Part shown: piece by piece, positions 43,478 to 53,841 of the stretch
Numbering within the stretch: position 1 is the first letter of the stretch
How the letters are laid out: every line of letters begins with the position of its first letter
From: an uncultured Eubacteriales bacterium
GTDB lineage: Bacteria; Actinomycetota; Coriobacteriia; Anaerosomatales; JAAXUF01
Direction: 5' to 3'
Assembly (NCBI GenBank): GCA_964521195.1
Contig: CAZFRE010000002.1
Span: 192,930-256,929, forward strand
DNA length: 64,000 bases
Position numbers and translations under genes: made by a program
The notes under the pieces: model-generated
What the model was told of the DNA's origin: nothing
Database searches by the model: none
Seen by the model: only the letters and a program-made list of their open reading frames with translations

Positions 43478-45990
43478 ACGTCTCGGCGACACTCGCCTGG
43501 CGCTACCTGATCGGCCGACCCGGCCGGACGGTCCTGACGACGCTCGCGATCACCTTGGGCGTGGCGCTGATCTTCGGGCTCAACGGCATCATGCCGGGGC
43601 TCTCCGAGTTGTTCACCAACACGCTCTTCGCGGCAGCCGGCCAGGTCGACCTCAGCGTCTCCAGCGAAAGCGGCGGCAACTTCGAGACGAGCGTCGCCGA
43701 GGACGTGGCGCGTGTGCAAGGCATCGCCGTCGCGTCCCCGTCCGTACGCAGATCGGTCGGGATGCCCAACGATAGCCCGGTCAGCATCATCACGCTCGTC
43801 GGCATCGACCCGAGGAGCACGGCGAAGGTCCACACGTTCAACGTGGCGGCGGGCCGGCTGCTCAACGACGGCGACGCCGGAGAGGTCGTGCTCGGGTCCG
43901 ACACCGCGGCCACGCTCGGCGCACACGTGGGCTCCCGGGTGCGGATCCCCACCGTCTCGGGCACCGAGCCGTTCACGGTGGTGGGGCTGCTCTCGAACGG
44001 CTCGTCTCCCTCGGCGCCTGAGGTCTACATGACGCTCGGTGACGCGCAGCGTGTCACCGGCGCGGGCAACACGATCAACACGGTCGAGGCACGGTTCGTG
44101 CCCGGTGCCGACCGGGAGGCGGTCGAGGCCGCGGTGCGCCGAAAGCTCGGCTCCGACTACATCGTAGGCGGTCTCTCGAACGAGAGCAGCTTGCTGGCCT
44201 CGGTCGAGACGGCGAAGTACATGTTCACGTTCTTCGGGCTGTTCGCGCTGATCATGGGCGGGTTCATCATCCTCAACACCTTCCGCACGCTCGTGTCCGA
44301 GCGCCGCCACGACATCGGCATGCTGCGCGCCATCGGAGCGGACCGTCGCACGATCCTCAACATCTTCCTCATTCAAGGAGTGATGCAGGGGATCTTCGGC
44401 ACGGTCGTGGGGATCACCGCAGGCTACCTGCTCACCGTCGGTGCGTTGGCGGCGTACAAACCGATGCTTCAGAGCATCATGCACATCAACGCCGACCTGA
44501 GCCCGAGCTACTCGGCGGGTACGTGGCTGTCCGCGATCACGCTCGGCATCGGGGTCACCGTCGCCAGTGCGGTCATCCCCGCGCGCCAGGCCGCTCGGAT
44601 CACGCCGCTCGAGGCGCTCAGGCCGCAGGCGGCGTCGGTCGAGGAGCGGCAGCGCAGCAAGTGGGTGGTGGTCGGCTGGGTGATGCTCGCGCTCGCGGTG
44701 CCGATGCTCGCCTCCAAGCAGATCTCGCTCGTCGGCCTCGGCGCCGTCGCGGTGCTGACGGGGCTCGTACTCGTCGCCCCGGCGCTCATCAAGCCGCTGT
44801 CCTCGGCGTTGGCGACGATGGTGCGCCCCTTCGCGCCGGCGACCGCGGACCTCTCGAGTTCGAACGTGACGCGGCAGCCCGGCCGAGCGGCGGCTACCGC
44901 AGCCGCGATCCTCGTGTCCCTCGCGGTGGTCGTCGCGGTGCTTGGCGTTGTGACCTCGCTGTACGCCGGGTTCTTCGACTACATCGACAAGTCGCTCGGG
45001 TCGGACTTCGTGTTCATCCCCAACGGCCTGATCCTGGGTGGAGCGAACGTCGGGGCCGACGAGAGCTTCGTGCGGCGGATCGGCGACACGCCCGGTGTGG
45101 CGGACGTGGCGACGATGCGACTCGGCCAAGCCGAGATCAACGGGGCCCGGGTGCAGGTGGTGGGCATCGACCCGGAGGTATACCCGCGAGTCGCGTCGTT
45201 CACCTTCTCGGCGGGCTCGGATGCGAGCGACATCGCCAAGCTCGGTGAGGGCCGGACGATGCTCGTCAATGGCATCACCTCCGGGCAGCAGGGCCTCACG
45301 GTCGGCAAGCGCGTCGCCGTGCAGACGCCCAATGGACTGAAGTACTACACGGTCGAAGGCGTGGCGACCGACTATCTCAACGCCAAGCTGTCCACACTCT
45401 ACGTCTCCCAGGAGAACCTCAAAGAGGACTTCAACGTCACCAGCAACGTGCTCGTCCTCGCAAACGCGAAGCCGACGGCTGCGCTTCCTGCGGTCAAGGC
45501 ATCGCTCTCCAGACTCGTGGCCGATTACCCGCAGTTCGTGCTGTACGACTCTGTGGGCTTCAAGGCGAACCAGTCCGAGATCTTCTCGCAGTCGTTCGTG
45601 GTGTTCGACATTCTCATCGCGATGTTCGCCCTGCCCACGCTGCTCGCGTTGCTCAACACCCTCGCGATCAGTGTGCTGGCGCGCACGCGCGAGATCGGGA
45701 TGCTGCGCGCGGTGGGCACGACGCGCGGGCAGATCCGCGGCATGGTCGTCGCCGAGGCGCTGCTGCTCGCGGCGGTGGGCGTCGCGTTCGGCATCGCGGG
45801 AGGCGTCGCGCTCGGGTACGCACTCGTCTACGCGCTGAACTCGACGATGTACGTCATGCCGTACTACTTCCCGTGGTCGGGAATCGTCGTCGCGATCGTC
45901 TCGGGGTTCAGCTTCGCACTGCTCGCATCGATCATCCCGGCGCGCACGGCGGCCAAGCTCGACATCGTGGCGGCCCTGCACTACGAGTAG
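43474..45990 (+). CDS. FtsX-family ABC permease with duplicated FtsX/MacB-type modules
   Basis: GTG 43474 overlaps the ATPase stop (GTGA). 838 aa. Two repeats of TM - large extracytoplasmic domain - 3 TM. Conserved EIGMLRAxG motifs ([20 protein letters not shown]). Confidence 0.85.
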   Translation: MNVSATLAWRYLIGRPGRTVLTTLAITLGVALIFGLNGIMPGLSELFTNTLFAAAGQVDLSVSSESGGNFETSVAEDVARVQGIAVASPSVRRSVGMPNDSPVSIITLVGIDPRSTAKVHTFNVAAGRLLNDGDAGEVVLGSDTAATLGAHVGSRVRIPTVSGTEPFTVVGLLSNGSSPSAPEVYMTLGDAQRVTGAGNTINTVEARFVPGADREAVEAAVRRKLGSDYIVGGLSNESSLLASVETAKYMFTFFGLFALIMGGFIILNTFRTLVSERRHDIGMLRAIGADRRTILNIFLIQGVMQGIFGTVVGITAGYLLTVGALAAYKPMLQSIMHINADLSPSYSAGTWLSAITLGIGVTVASAVIPARQAARITPLEALRPQAASVEERQRSKWVVVGWVMLALAVPMLASKQISLVGLGAVAVLTGLVLVAPALIKPLSSALATMVRPFAPATADLSSSNVTRQPGRAAATAAAILVSLAVVVAVLGVVTSLYAGFFDYIDKSLGSDFVFIPNGLILGGANVGADESFVRRIGDTPGVADVATMRLGQAEINGARVQVVGIDPEVYPRVASFTFSAGSDASDIAKLGEGRTMLVNGITSGQQGLTVGKRVAVQTPNGLKYYTVEGVATDYLNAKLSTLYVSQENLKEDFNVTSNVLVLANAKPTAALPAVKASLSRLVADYPQFVLYDSVGFKANQSEIFSQSFVVFDILIAMFALPTLLALLNTLAISVLARTREIGMLRAVGTTRGQIRGMVVAEALLLAAVGVAFGIAGGVALGYALVYALNSTMYVMPYYFPWSGIVVAIVSGFSFALLASIIPARTAAKLDIVAALHYE

Positions 45991-46185
45991 CGTCGCGACC
46001 GCAAGGGCCGCCGCGTGGGCGGCGGCATGGCGAAGGCCGGCAACGCCACGCTGTTCTACCTCACCGAGATGCTCGCCGCCGTGCTCTTCTTCGCCGGATT
46101 CCTCCTCGCCGGCACGCTCCAGCAAGGCGCCGACAAGATCCGAGCGAACCGCGCGGCCAAGCAGGCTGCCGAGAACGACCCGGGT

Positions 46186-46929
46186 TCAGCCGACTGGCCC
46201 CAACCGCTCGCGCACGGCGTCGCTTCGCAGTTCGCGCAGCGCGTCCCTACACGTCCAGCGCGCGGCCTTGGAGTCGGGGTGCGCTTCGAGGATGCGCTCG
46301 CACGTCGCGATCGCCTCGGCGTTGAGCACTGCAGAGCGCTTGCCGATCTGGCGGATCTGCCAGTTCACGGCCTTCTTCACCATGTTGCGCTCGTCGGTCG
46401 CCTCGCGCGTCGCGAGCGCGAGCAATGGCACGAAGCGCTCGTCGTCGGCCTTCTTGTCGTGCACGGCGAGCGTGGCGCCGAGCACGAAGCCGGCGCGCTT
46501 GACGAACTCCTCGGTGCGCAGCGGCCACTCGGCGGCCTTGTCCCACGCGAGGGGCGCCTCGCGAAAGACGTTGAGCATGAGCTGGTCGCACACGTCCCAG
46601 GAGTCCAGATCGAGCGCCCACGACTCCATCTGCACCTCGTCCACCAGCGCGGGCGCGTCGATGAACGCGGCCATCAGCCGGCCCTCGTGCAGACCTGTCG
46701 CCCACAGCTGCGCTGCAAGCTCGTGCCATGCGCTCTTGTCGCGCCCGAGCCGCTTGCGCGCGTCGCGCGCCATCGCGCGCATGACGGGCACGCGCACGCC
46801 CAGCGCGTTCTCGGTCGCGATGGCGTAGCGGGCCATGCCCGCGAGGTTGTCCGGCTCGGCGTGCGCGTGGAGCGAGGCGACGATCTCCTCGGCGAGGCTG
46901 GCGGGAGTGGGGGTCCGGTCGGCGTTCAT
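46186..46929 (-). CDS. DNA alkylation repair protein (AlkD-like HEAT-repeat family)
   Basis: 247 aa. Motifs (GMARYAI...ALGVRVPVMR, WDVCDQL, FVKRAGFVL, NMVKKAVNWQIRQIGKR) match the DNA_alkylation family as I recall it. Confidence 0.75.
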   Translation of the reverse strand: MNADRTPTPASLAEEIVASLHAHAEPDNLAGMARYAIATENALGVRVPVMRAMARDARKRLGRDKSAWHELAAQLWATGLHEGRLMAAFIDAPALVDEVQMESWALDLDSWDVCDQLMLNVFREAPLAWDKAAEWPLRTEEFVKRAGFVLGATLAVHDKKADDERFVPLLALATREATDERNMVKKAVNWQIRQIGKRSAVLNAEAIATCERILEAHPDSKAARWTCRDALRELRSDAVRERLGPVG

Positions 46930-46939
46930 GGCGGCTCCT

Positions 46940-48298
46940 TCAGAAGCGAGTTCGACGAGCCGGCGCGATGCTCCTGCGCCACCGGGCGATCCGCTCGGGA
47001 TCGACGCCCAGCCGGTACGCGAGCACCGCCAGCGCGTTGACCGCGGTCGGGCGGACCAGTCCGTACTCGTCCCACGCGCGCGCAGACGTCACGGCCCGCT
47101 CGTGCAACACGACCACATCGCCGAGCCGGCCGAGCCGGTTCGCAATCTCGAGGTCCTCCATGACCGGCAGGTCTCCGAAACCGCCCAGATCGCGCCACGT
47201 CTGTGCCGAGAAGAACAGGCACTGGTCGCCCCACGGCTTGCCGCCCAGCCGGTGGCGCGCCCGGCCGATGGCGGCGATGAGTCGAGCGTGGCGCGCATCG
47301 CTCGGTACGTCGAACGAGAATCCGCCCGCGACGACGCCCGAGCGCGACAAGGTCTCAACCGCGAGCCGTGCGGCGCCGGGCGGAAGCGTCGTGTCCGCGT
47401 GCAGGAACAGCAGCACCTCGCCCTGAGCTTCGGCGGCGCCGGCATCCATCTGGACAGCCCGTCCCCTGGGCGCATCGACGACGCGGGCACCCGCCGCCAC
47501 GGCGGTCTCGCGCGTGCCGTCGAGCGACCCGCCGTCGGCGACGATCACCTCATGCGCGCCTGCGGCGCGAGCGCTCTCTATCGCCGCCGCTACGTGGTCC
47601 GCATCGTCGAGCGTCGGGATCACGACCGAGACGCGCGGTTGCGGCCCGAGTTCCGCGGCATCCAGCGTGGCCTGCGCGTCGGGAAGGTCCGCGGCGGTAT
47701 CCACGTCGGGAAGCGTCTCGAGCACCGCGTACGTGAGCCCGTGCTCCTCTGCGATCGCGATGGTCGCCTCGAGGACTCCGGGTGTGCTCCACGGCACGCC
47801 CGTGAACAGCACGGGAACCGAGCTCTTCGCCGTCTCAGAGCGCAAGGCGATGAGGTAGTAGCCGCCGTCGGCGGCCGGCCCTAGCACGACATCCACGTGT
47901 TCAAGTCGCTCGAGCGCGTTGCGCAGGTGGGCGCTCGTAAGCCTGGGACAGTCGCTGCCGATCACGACCACGCGCTTACAGTTGCGCGCGAACGCCTCGC
48001 CGAACGCCGAGCGGATCTTATCGCCGAGGTCGCCCTCGCCCTGATATCTCGCCGAGAAGCCCCGCCCGAGCCAGTCGTGCGCGAGCTGCATGAACGCGGC
48101 ATCCGTCCGCACCTCGACGCGCGCATCGCCGGTCACCGCCACGGCACGTGCGCGCCTGAGCGCGTGGCGCGTCATGCGGTCGTGTAGGGCGAGTGCAGCC
48201 TCGGCGGAGAGGGGAGGCGACAGTCGCGTCTTGACCTCGCCCGCACGCGGATAGCGGGTGAGCAGGCAGATGAGGTTGGCTCGGCCCGACCGGGTCAC
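46940..48298 (-). CDS. Fusion of rSAM/selenodomain-associated transferase 1 (DUF2064, TIGR04282-like) and transferase 2 (GT2, TIGR04283-like)
   Basis: GTG 48298 (VTRSGRANLICLLTRYPRAGEVKTRL) is in frame with listed ORF 46940..48529. The N-terminal half has YQGEGDLGDKI, VIGSDCP and LGPAADGGYYLI. The C-terminal half has VSVVIPTLDD...VIVADGGSLDGT...LFLHADT. Confidence 0.75.
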   Translation of the reverse strand: MTRSGRANLICLLTRYPRAGEVKTRLSPPLSAEAALALHDRMTRHALRRARAVAVTGDARVEVRTDAAFMQLAHDWLGRGFSARYQGEGDLGDKIRSAFGEAFARNCKRVVVIGSDCPRLTSAHLRNALERLEHVDVVLGPAADGGYYLIALRSETAKSSVPVLFTGVPWSTPGVLEATIAIAEEHGLTYAVLETLPDVDTAADLPDAQATLDAAELGPQPRVSVVIPTLDDADHVAAAIESARAAGAHEVIVADGGSLDGTRETAVAAGARVVDAPRGRAVQMDAGAAEAQGEVLLFLHADTTLPPGAARLAVETLSRSGVVAGGFSFDVPSDARHARLIAAIGRARHRLGGKPWGDQCLFFSAQTWRDLGGFGDLPVMEDLEIANRLGRLGDVVVLHERAVTSARAWDEYGLVRPTAVNALAVLAYRLGVDPERIARWRRSIAPARRTRF

Positions 48299-49299
48299 CG
48301 GAGTCCGCCGCTTCAACCAGAGCCCGCGCCGGCGGTGCAGGCGAAGCAGTGGGGCCCGAATGCGATCCGCCGCGTGGCGAGCCGCTCGAGCACGAGGTCG
48401 TCCGAGCGCAACGCCTCCACGAGCCCGTGCAGCGTCCGCACGGGCTCGTGGAGGCGCATCCCCGCACCGAGGTTGAAGTCGCAGTCCGAGAGCGTGCCGT
48501 CCCAACCCACCGTCAGGCTGTTGCGGCACTCGATGGCGCCGGCGATGTCGGGGTTGAACGCCTCGGCGAGTCCGTCGAGGTAGCTGTCGAGCAGTTGGGC
48601 CGCGTGCAGACGCTCGCGGTACCGCCCGATCGGGACGTTCGCGATCACGCGGAGCTCGTCGAACGCCACGCCGCGTGCGGCGAGCGCGGCGCGGAACTCA
48701 TCGGTAGGTACCGGGGCGGCGACTTCGCCGAGCGGCGGGTTGTAGGCGATGTCGAGCGCAAGCCCGTCACCCGTGCCGTAGCCGAGTTCGGCGAGCCGCT
48801 GCAGCACCGCGATGGAGCGCTCGAACGACGAGGCGCCGCGCTGCGCCGACACGGCCTCGGCTGATGCGCCGGGAAGCGATGCCAGTATCGACGCGCCCGC
48901 GCGGGCGAGCATCGTCGGGACGCCGGCGCGCGCGGGCTCGGCGAGCGCGGTGAGGTTCGTCCGCACGCGGACGGCGTGCCCCTGCTGACGCGCGCGCGAC
49001 ACGAACTCCTCCAGGTGCGGCCAGAGCGCCGGCTCGCCGCCGGTGATGTCGAGCAGCCCGACGTGCATCGAATAGGCGAGTTCGAGGGCGTCCAGCATCG
49101 TCTCGCGCGACATCTCTTCGGTCCTGTGCGGCGAACAGGACTGGTGGCAGTGCGCGCACGCCAGGTCGCAGCGCAAGGTGACGTTGAGCATGAGCGTCGA
49201 CACCGACACAGCCCGCGTGGCGCCCGGGTCGGCTGTGCGAAGGCGCGTGGCGAAATCCGGTCGAGGCGGGTGGTGGCTTGTTGTGCGCGTGAGGCTCAT
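48295..49299 (-). CDS. arsS: Radical SAM / C-terminal Cys-rich domain protein, ArsS-like (TIGR04167 type); probable selenoprotein with in-frame UGA at 48315-48313
   Basis: CX3CX2C motif (CDLACAHC). The C-terminal ...CFACTAGAGSG is followed by TGA, then SGGLR, then a second TGA (48297-48295). The conventional call is 48313..49299. See the findings for the recoding argument. Confidence 0.75.
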
Positions 49300-49379
49300 C
49301 GCTTCAGTCTACCTATCCTGCTCCCGCGCCTGCGGCACCATGGCATACTTGGCTCTCTCCACCCGAAAGGAATCACCGA

Positions 49380-49883
49380 ATGTCACACCACATCATCCTC
49401 ACGTGCGTCGCATGCGCCGTGATCGCGCTGCTCGGCGGTTGCGCGAGCAAGCCTTCGCCTGCCGTGCCGTCGGCGTCGACCGCGGCCGAGCAAACCTCCG
49501 CCGAGCAGCCCCCCGCCGAGGCCGCCGCGATCCAGACGATGTCGATCGAGCGCAAGCGCTTGCTCATCGCCGAGAACTTCCAGCCCGAGGTGCCGCTGCC
49601 GATGGGCGAAGTCGTGCGCGGCAACGCGCAGAGCGATTTCGCCTGGGACTACGAGCTCATCGTGCCCGCCGCGCCGGCCGCGGTCGCGAACTGGTATCGC
49701 GAGAAGTACACCCAGCGCGACTGGCGGGTCGTGGAGGAGAGCGAACCCTCTCCGGGCGCGTTCACGCTCACGCTCATGAAGAACGCGGCCCAGACCCGGG
49801 TGACGATCACGCCCGAGGGGACCGCGAGCGCGCGGGTCGCCGGCATTCTCGGCGTGGGCGCGCCCGTGCTGCAGACGCAGTAG
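49380..49883 (+). CDS. Lipoprotein, unknown function
   Basis: RBS AAAGGAA. The signal peptide ends in the lipobox LLGGC. Ala/Pro/Ser linker followed by a ~110 aa globular domain. Confidence 0.6.
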   Translation: MSHHIILTCVACAVIALLGGCASKPSPAVPSASTAAEQTSAEQPPAEAAAIQTMSIERKRLLIAENFQPEVPLPMGEVVRGNAQSDFAWDYELIVPAAPAAVANWYREKYTQRDWRVVEESEPSPGAFTLTLMKNAAQTRVTITPEGTASARVAGILGVGAPVLQTQ

Positions 49884-49945
49884 GCGCGGGGAGCGCGGGC
49901 GGGGGGCGTGCAGGTCGCGCGACGCGACGAAGCGGCGCGGGGTCC

Positions 49946-51169
49946 CTAGAGCCGGCGGTTGCCTCGGCGAGAGCCGCTGACCTTGCCGCCGAACACAGAG
50001 CGCTTCTTCTTCGTGACCGGCCGGCCCTCGAACGGGATGATGCGGCCGGCACGGTACTCGAAGTCCTCAAGGTCTTCGACCGGCAGCAGCTTGCCGAGCA
50101 TGTACTCGATCTCGCGCAGCTGCACGATCTCGTCGGGGCCCACGAAGGTGAGCGCGTAACCGCTCGCTCCCGCGCGGCCGGTGCGGCCGATGCGGTGCAC
50201 GTAGTCCTCGGGGTTCTCGGGCACGTCGTAGTTGATGACGTGGCTGATGTCGGAGATGTCGATGCCGCGGGCGATGATATCGGTCGCGATGAGCACGTCG
50301 ACCTTGCCCGCGCGGAAGTCCTCGAGCGCGTGCTGGCGCTGCTTCTGTGCGCGGTCCGCGTGCATGACGACGACCTTGATGCCTTTGCGCTCGAGGATGG
50401 TCTCGACCATGTCGGCGCGCTGCTTGGTGCGGGTGAACACGAGCACGCGGTCGGCACCGCGTCGGTCGATGACGGCGGCGAGCAGGTCGGGCTTCTGCGA
50501 CTGCTCCACCGGCATGATGGCCTGCTCGATGCCCTCGGCGGTCGTACCCTTGATCGCGATCTCGACGTAGGCCGGGTCGTGCAGCATCCGGCCGACGATG
50601 TTGGTGATGTCTTCGGACAGCGTCGCCGAGAACAGCAGGTTCTGGCGCTCCTTGGGCAGGTGGGCGAGGATGCGGCGCACGCTTGGCCAAAAGCCCATGT
50701 CGAGCATGCGGTCGGCTTCGTCCAGGACGAGGATCTCGATCCTGGAGAGGTCGACGTCCTTGCGCTCGTGCAGGTCGATAAGGCGGCCCGGCGTGGCGAC
50801 GAGGATCTCGACGCCGCCCTTGAGGCGCTTGACCTGCGGCTCGTACTTCACGCCACCGACCACGATGCACGTGCGCTGCCCCGTGTGCTCGCCCACCACG
50901 GAGGCGACCTTCTCGATCTGCTGCGCGAGCTCGCGGGTGGGGGAGACGACGAGCGCACGTGGTGCGCCATCGCCCATACCGACGCGCTGCATGAGGGGGA
51001 GCGTGAACGCTGCCGTCTTGCCGGTGCCCGTCTGCGCGGCGCCGACGACGTCACGGCCTGCCAGGATGAGTGGAATGGACTCGCGCTGGATGGGGGTCGG
51101 TTCGGTGTAGCCCATCTCGGAAACGGCGGCGAGTATGTCTTGATTCAAACCCAGATTCTCGAATGTCAT
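49946..51169 (-). CDS. DEAD-box ATP-dependent RNA helicase (RhlE-like)
   Basis: Q-motif TPIQ, AQTGTGKT, DEAD, SAT, HRIGRTGR. Arg-rich C-terminal tail. Confidence 0.95.
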   Translation of the reverse strand: MTFENLGLNQDILAAVSEMGYTEPTPIQRESIPLILAGRDVVGAAQTGTGKTAAFTLPLMQRVGMGDGAPRALVVSPTRELAQQIEKVASVVGEHTGQRTCIVVGGVKYEPQVKRLKGGVEILVATPGRLIDLHERKDVDLSRIEILVLDEADRMLDMGFWPSVRRILAHLPKERQNLLFSATLSEDITNIVGRMLHDPAYVEIAIKGTTAEGIEQAIMPVEQSQKPDLLAAVIDRRGADRVLVFTRTKQRADMVETILERKGIKVVVMHADRAQKQRQHALEDFRAGKVDVLIATDIIARGIDISDISHVINYDVPENPEDYVHRIGRTGRAGASGYALTFVGPDEIVQLREIEYMLGKLLPVEDLEDFEYRAGRIIPFEGRPVTKKKRSVFGGKVSGSRRGNRRL

Positions 51170-51223
51170 GGGTGCAGTATGCGTTACGAGGGGCGAGAGC
51201 GCGAATCGGGGCTCGTCAGGGCA

Positions 51224-52009
51224 TCACGGTGTGCCGGTCTTGGTTCGGACCGCGCCGAGCACCTGAACCGCTCCTTCGACCGCGAGCCGGCGCTGCTCCT
51301 CGGCACTCATCGGCGGGTCCGGCGTGTCGCCGGGCTGCGGGCCGTAATCCCCGAACTGCGCGTGGTTCCCGCCCTCGAGGTCCTGATAGGTCGCCCACGA
51401 CGGGAGCAGCGCCTTGCCGGCCGCCAGGTTCGCGCGATCCACGACCGTGTCGAGCGTCCCGACCTGCGTGAGCGCGATGATCGACGACGCACTGAGGTCG
51501 CTGCCTTCAGCGGCGTAGGCGCCGTGCAGCACGAGCCCGCCCATCGCGTCGGGATGCTTGGCCGCGTACTGGGCAGCCATCGCGCCGCCGAGTGAGTGTC
51601 CGCCGATGACCCACCGCTCGACGTTGACGTGCGCGGCACGTGCGCGGTCGGCGGCATCGGCGTCGAGGACGGCGAGCGAGAGCGGCATGACGGGCACGAC
51701 GACCAGGTATCCGCGGGCGGCGACATCGCGCGCGAACGGGGCGTAGCTACGCGCGTCGACGTGGCCGCCGGGGTAGTAGACGAGCGCTGCGGAGGGTTCG
51801 ATGCCGGCGGGTGCGAACTCCCAGCCGTCGTCGGCCTGCGTCACCGCGACGCGCGCATCACTCGCAAGCGCAGCGAGCGCGCTGTCGGTCGGCCCGAGTG
51901 GATGCGTGCCCCACCGCCACAGCGCGACGCCGCCGAACACGAGTGCTGCGGCAACGAGGCCGCCGAGCCACCGCAGCGTCCGCTTCATGGTGTCACCCTT
52001 CCCGCTCAT
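51224..52009 (-). CDS. Membrane-anchored alpha/beta hydrolase
   Basis: ATG 52009 overlaps the upstream stop (ATGA); an alternative ATG lies at 51988. N-terminal TM, GHSLGG nucleophile elbow, EGGNHAQF His context. Confidence 0.7.
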   Translation of the reverse strand: MSGKGDTMKRTLRWLGGLVAAALVFGGVALWRWGTHPLGPTDSALAALASDARVAVTQADDGWEFAPAGIEPSAALVYYPGGHVDARSYAPFARDVAARGYLVVVPVMPLSLAVLDADAADRARAAHVNVERWVIGGHSLGGAMAAQYAAKHPDAMGGLVLHGAYAAEGSDLSASSIIALTQVGTLDTVVDRANLAAGKALLPSWATYQDLEGGNHAQFGDYGPQPGDTPDPPMSAEEQRRLAVEGAVQVLGAVRTKTGTP

Positions 52010-52920
52010 ACCTTCACCAGGTTGGTGAGCGCAGCCTCGATGGTCGGGAACCGGAAGGCGTAGCCGTCCGCGAGCGCCTTGTCGGCGAGCATGCGCTGGC
52101 TCATCAGTGTGTACGGCGCGACCTCGCCGAGTATGACGCGCAGCGCGAACCCGGGCACCGGCAGCCATGACGGCCGGTGGACGACGGCGCCGAGCGCAGA
52201 CGACAGGTCGGCCATGCGTACCGGGTTCGGTGCGCCGGCGTTGAGCGGGCCGGTAACGTGATCGCAGGTGAGCGCGTGGCGGTAGAGCCCGGCGATGTCG
52301 GCGATGTGTACCCAGCTCACCCACTGCCTCCCGCTGCCGAGAGGCCCGCCGGCGAACAGCCGCGTCGCCATCAGCATGCGTGGGAGCACGCCCTCGCTGC
52401 CCAGAACGATACCGGTGCGGATCGTCGCCACGCGGCAGCCGATCCTCTCGGCGGCGAACGCGGCGGCCTCCCAGTCGACGGCGAGTCTGGCGAGGAAGTC
52501 GGTGCCCGGATTGGACGTCTCGGTGAGGAACTCGTCGCCGCGGTCCCCGTAGATGCCGACAGCGCTCGCGCCCACGTACGCGTCAGGGCCGGCGCCCAGC
52601 TCGCGCGCCGCGGCGATCGCTTCGACGATGGCGTTCGCTGTCCCGATGCGGCTTGCGCGCAGCAGCTCCTTGACGCGCGGGTTCCACCGGCTCGCGATGG
52701 GGAAGCCCGACAGGTTGGCCACGGCCTCCGCCGAGAGGATCTCGGCGGTCCAGGCGTCCGAGTCGGCAGCCGGGTCGAAGGCGACCTCGCGCACGCCTTG
52801 AGGTGGCGCGACCCGTCCCACGCGGTGCGAGAGCCACGTGACCTCGTGACCGGATGCCAAGAGCTGCGCTGTGAGCTCACGGCCGATGAAGCCGTTGCCT
52901 CCGGCGATGGTGATGCGCAT
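52006..52920 (-). CDS. TIGR01777/YfcH-type NAD-dependent epimerase-family protein (SDR with C-terminal DUF1731)
   Basis: [20 protein letters not shown] Rossmann motif. The C-terminal [13 protein letters not shown] is typical of DUF1731. Confidence 0.8.
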   Translation of the reverse strand: MRITIAGGNGFIGRELTAQLLASGHEVTWLSHRVGRVAPPQGVREVAFDPAADSDAWTAEILSAEAVANLSGFPIASRWNPRVKELLRASRIGTANAIVEAIAAARELGAGPDAYVGASAVGIYGDRGDEFLTETSNPGTDFLARLAVDWEAAAFAAERIGCRVATIRTGIVLGSEGVLPRMLMATRLFAGGPLGSGRQWVSWVHIADIAGLYRHALTCDHVTGPLNAGAPNPVRMADLSSALGAVVHRPSWLPVPGFALRVILGEVAPYTLMSQRMLADKALADGYAFRFPTIEAALTNLVKV

Positions 52921-53022
52921 GCGAGTGCCTCCTCGTGACCCCGCGAGCGGTGGTGCCGTCGCCGCTCGACTCGATGGTACCCGTTGACAGCGCCGGCGCG
53001 CGCGCCGCAGCGCGCGAGTGGC

Positions 53023-53841
53023 CTACCGCTCTCGGCGAGTGGGCACGAAACGAGCCACATCGAGTCCGGTGGCCGCAGGTCGCCACGCGCCGTCGGCAGC
53101 GGCTGCGCGCGCGCCGAGCTCGGCGTGCAGCATGGCGATGCCGCAGTCGAGGCGCTTGCTCACGCGCGGGGTCTCGGCGGCGTTGTCCCGGGCGATCACC
53201 AGCGCGCCGGCGTCGAACCGGAATCGCCACGGCTGCCGGTTCATCGCACTCGGCGCGAGCCTCGCGGTCTCGACGGCGGTCTGAGCCCACTCGGGCCAAC
53301 CGCCTCCGGACATGCCGGGAGCGATCTCGGCGACGCGCTTGCGGTTGTGAGCCCCTGCCAGCCGCCGCATCGCGCGTTCCGAAAACGACGGGTCGTGCGT
53401 CGCGTGGCCGAGTGGAGAGACCGCGAACACCCGCTCGCCGGGTCCGAGGTGGACGAGTTCGCGGGTCCGCTTGGGGTTGAAGAAGCCGCCGACCCAGCAC
53501 GTGTCAAGGCCCAGGGCGCTGGCCTCAAGGATCGTGGCCTCACCCGTGTAGCCGACGTGCTCGTCGCAGTGCTCGGAGGTCGTGTCCCCGATGAAGATCA
53601 AGACGTGGGGCGCTCCCGTCACCTTGCCGTAGCTGCCCATCACGCCTGTGAACACGTCGGTGGCCGGCGTTCGCGCGAGCACGGCGCGGGCGTCCTCGAA
53701 CGGTCGGAACCCCGCGCATATCGCGTCGAGCGCGTCGAGCGTCTCGGCATCGACCGGGCGCTCCTCGAAGGATCGTCGTGAGTGGCGTGAGGTGACGACG
53801 GCGAGCCAGTCGGCCCCGCGTTCGGTGAAGTAGTCGCGCAT
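53023..53841 (-). CDS. Nitroreductase-family protein
   Basis: ATG 53841 in listed ORF 53023..54462 (MRDYFTERG...). SRHSRRSF motif, and APSAMNRQPWRF in the second half. Confidence 0.8.
   Translation of the reverse strand: MRDYFTERGADWLAVVTSRHSRRSFEERPVDAETLDALDAICAGFRPFEDARAVLARTPATDVFTGVMGSYGKVTGAPHVLIFIGDTTSEHCDEHVGYTGEATILEASALGLDTCWVGGFFNPKRTRELVHLGPGERVFAVSPLGHATHDPSFSERAMRRLAGAHNRKRVAEIAPGMSGGGWPEWAQTAVETARLAPSAMNRQPWRFRFDAGALVIARDNAAETPRVSKRLDCGIAMLHAELGARAAAADGAWRPAATGLDVARFVPTRRER

Noticed and set aside
42772-46125. 1117-aa ORF antisense to the MacB-type ABC ATPase/permease genes
   Set aside because: The plus strand carries unambiguous Walker/signature motifs and FtsX topology. The antisense product is low-complexity (R/D/E/H/G-rich).
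46015-47040. Plus-strand ORF whose first ~55 aa look like a small TM protein ([29 protein letters not shown]...)
   Set aside because: There is no stop until 47040, so it would have to run antisense through the well-supported AlkD-like gene. The rest is Arg/Gly-rich junk. It is kept only as a remote possibility if the source has a frameshift error near 46180.
49884-49945. G-rich tract (GCGGGGAGCGCGGGCGGGGGGCG) as a G-quadruplex or terminator between convergent genes
   Set aside because: The G-runs are irregular, no clear four-tract arrangement or strong hairpin is present, and this is ordinary for high-GC intergenic DNA.
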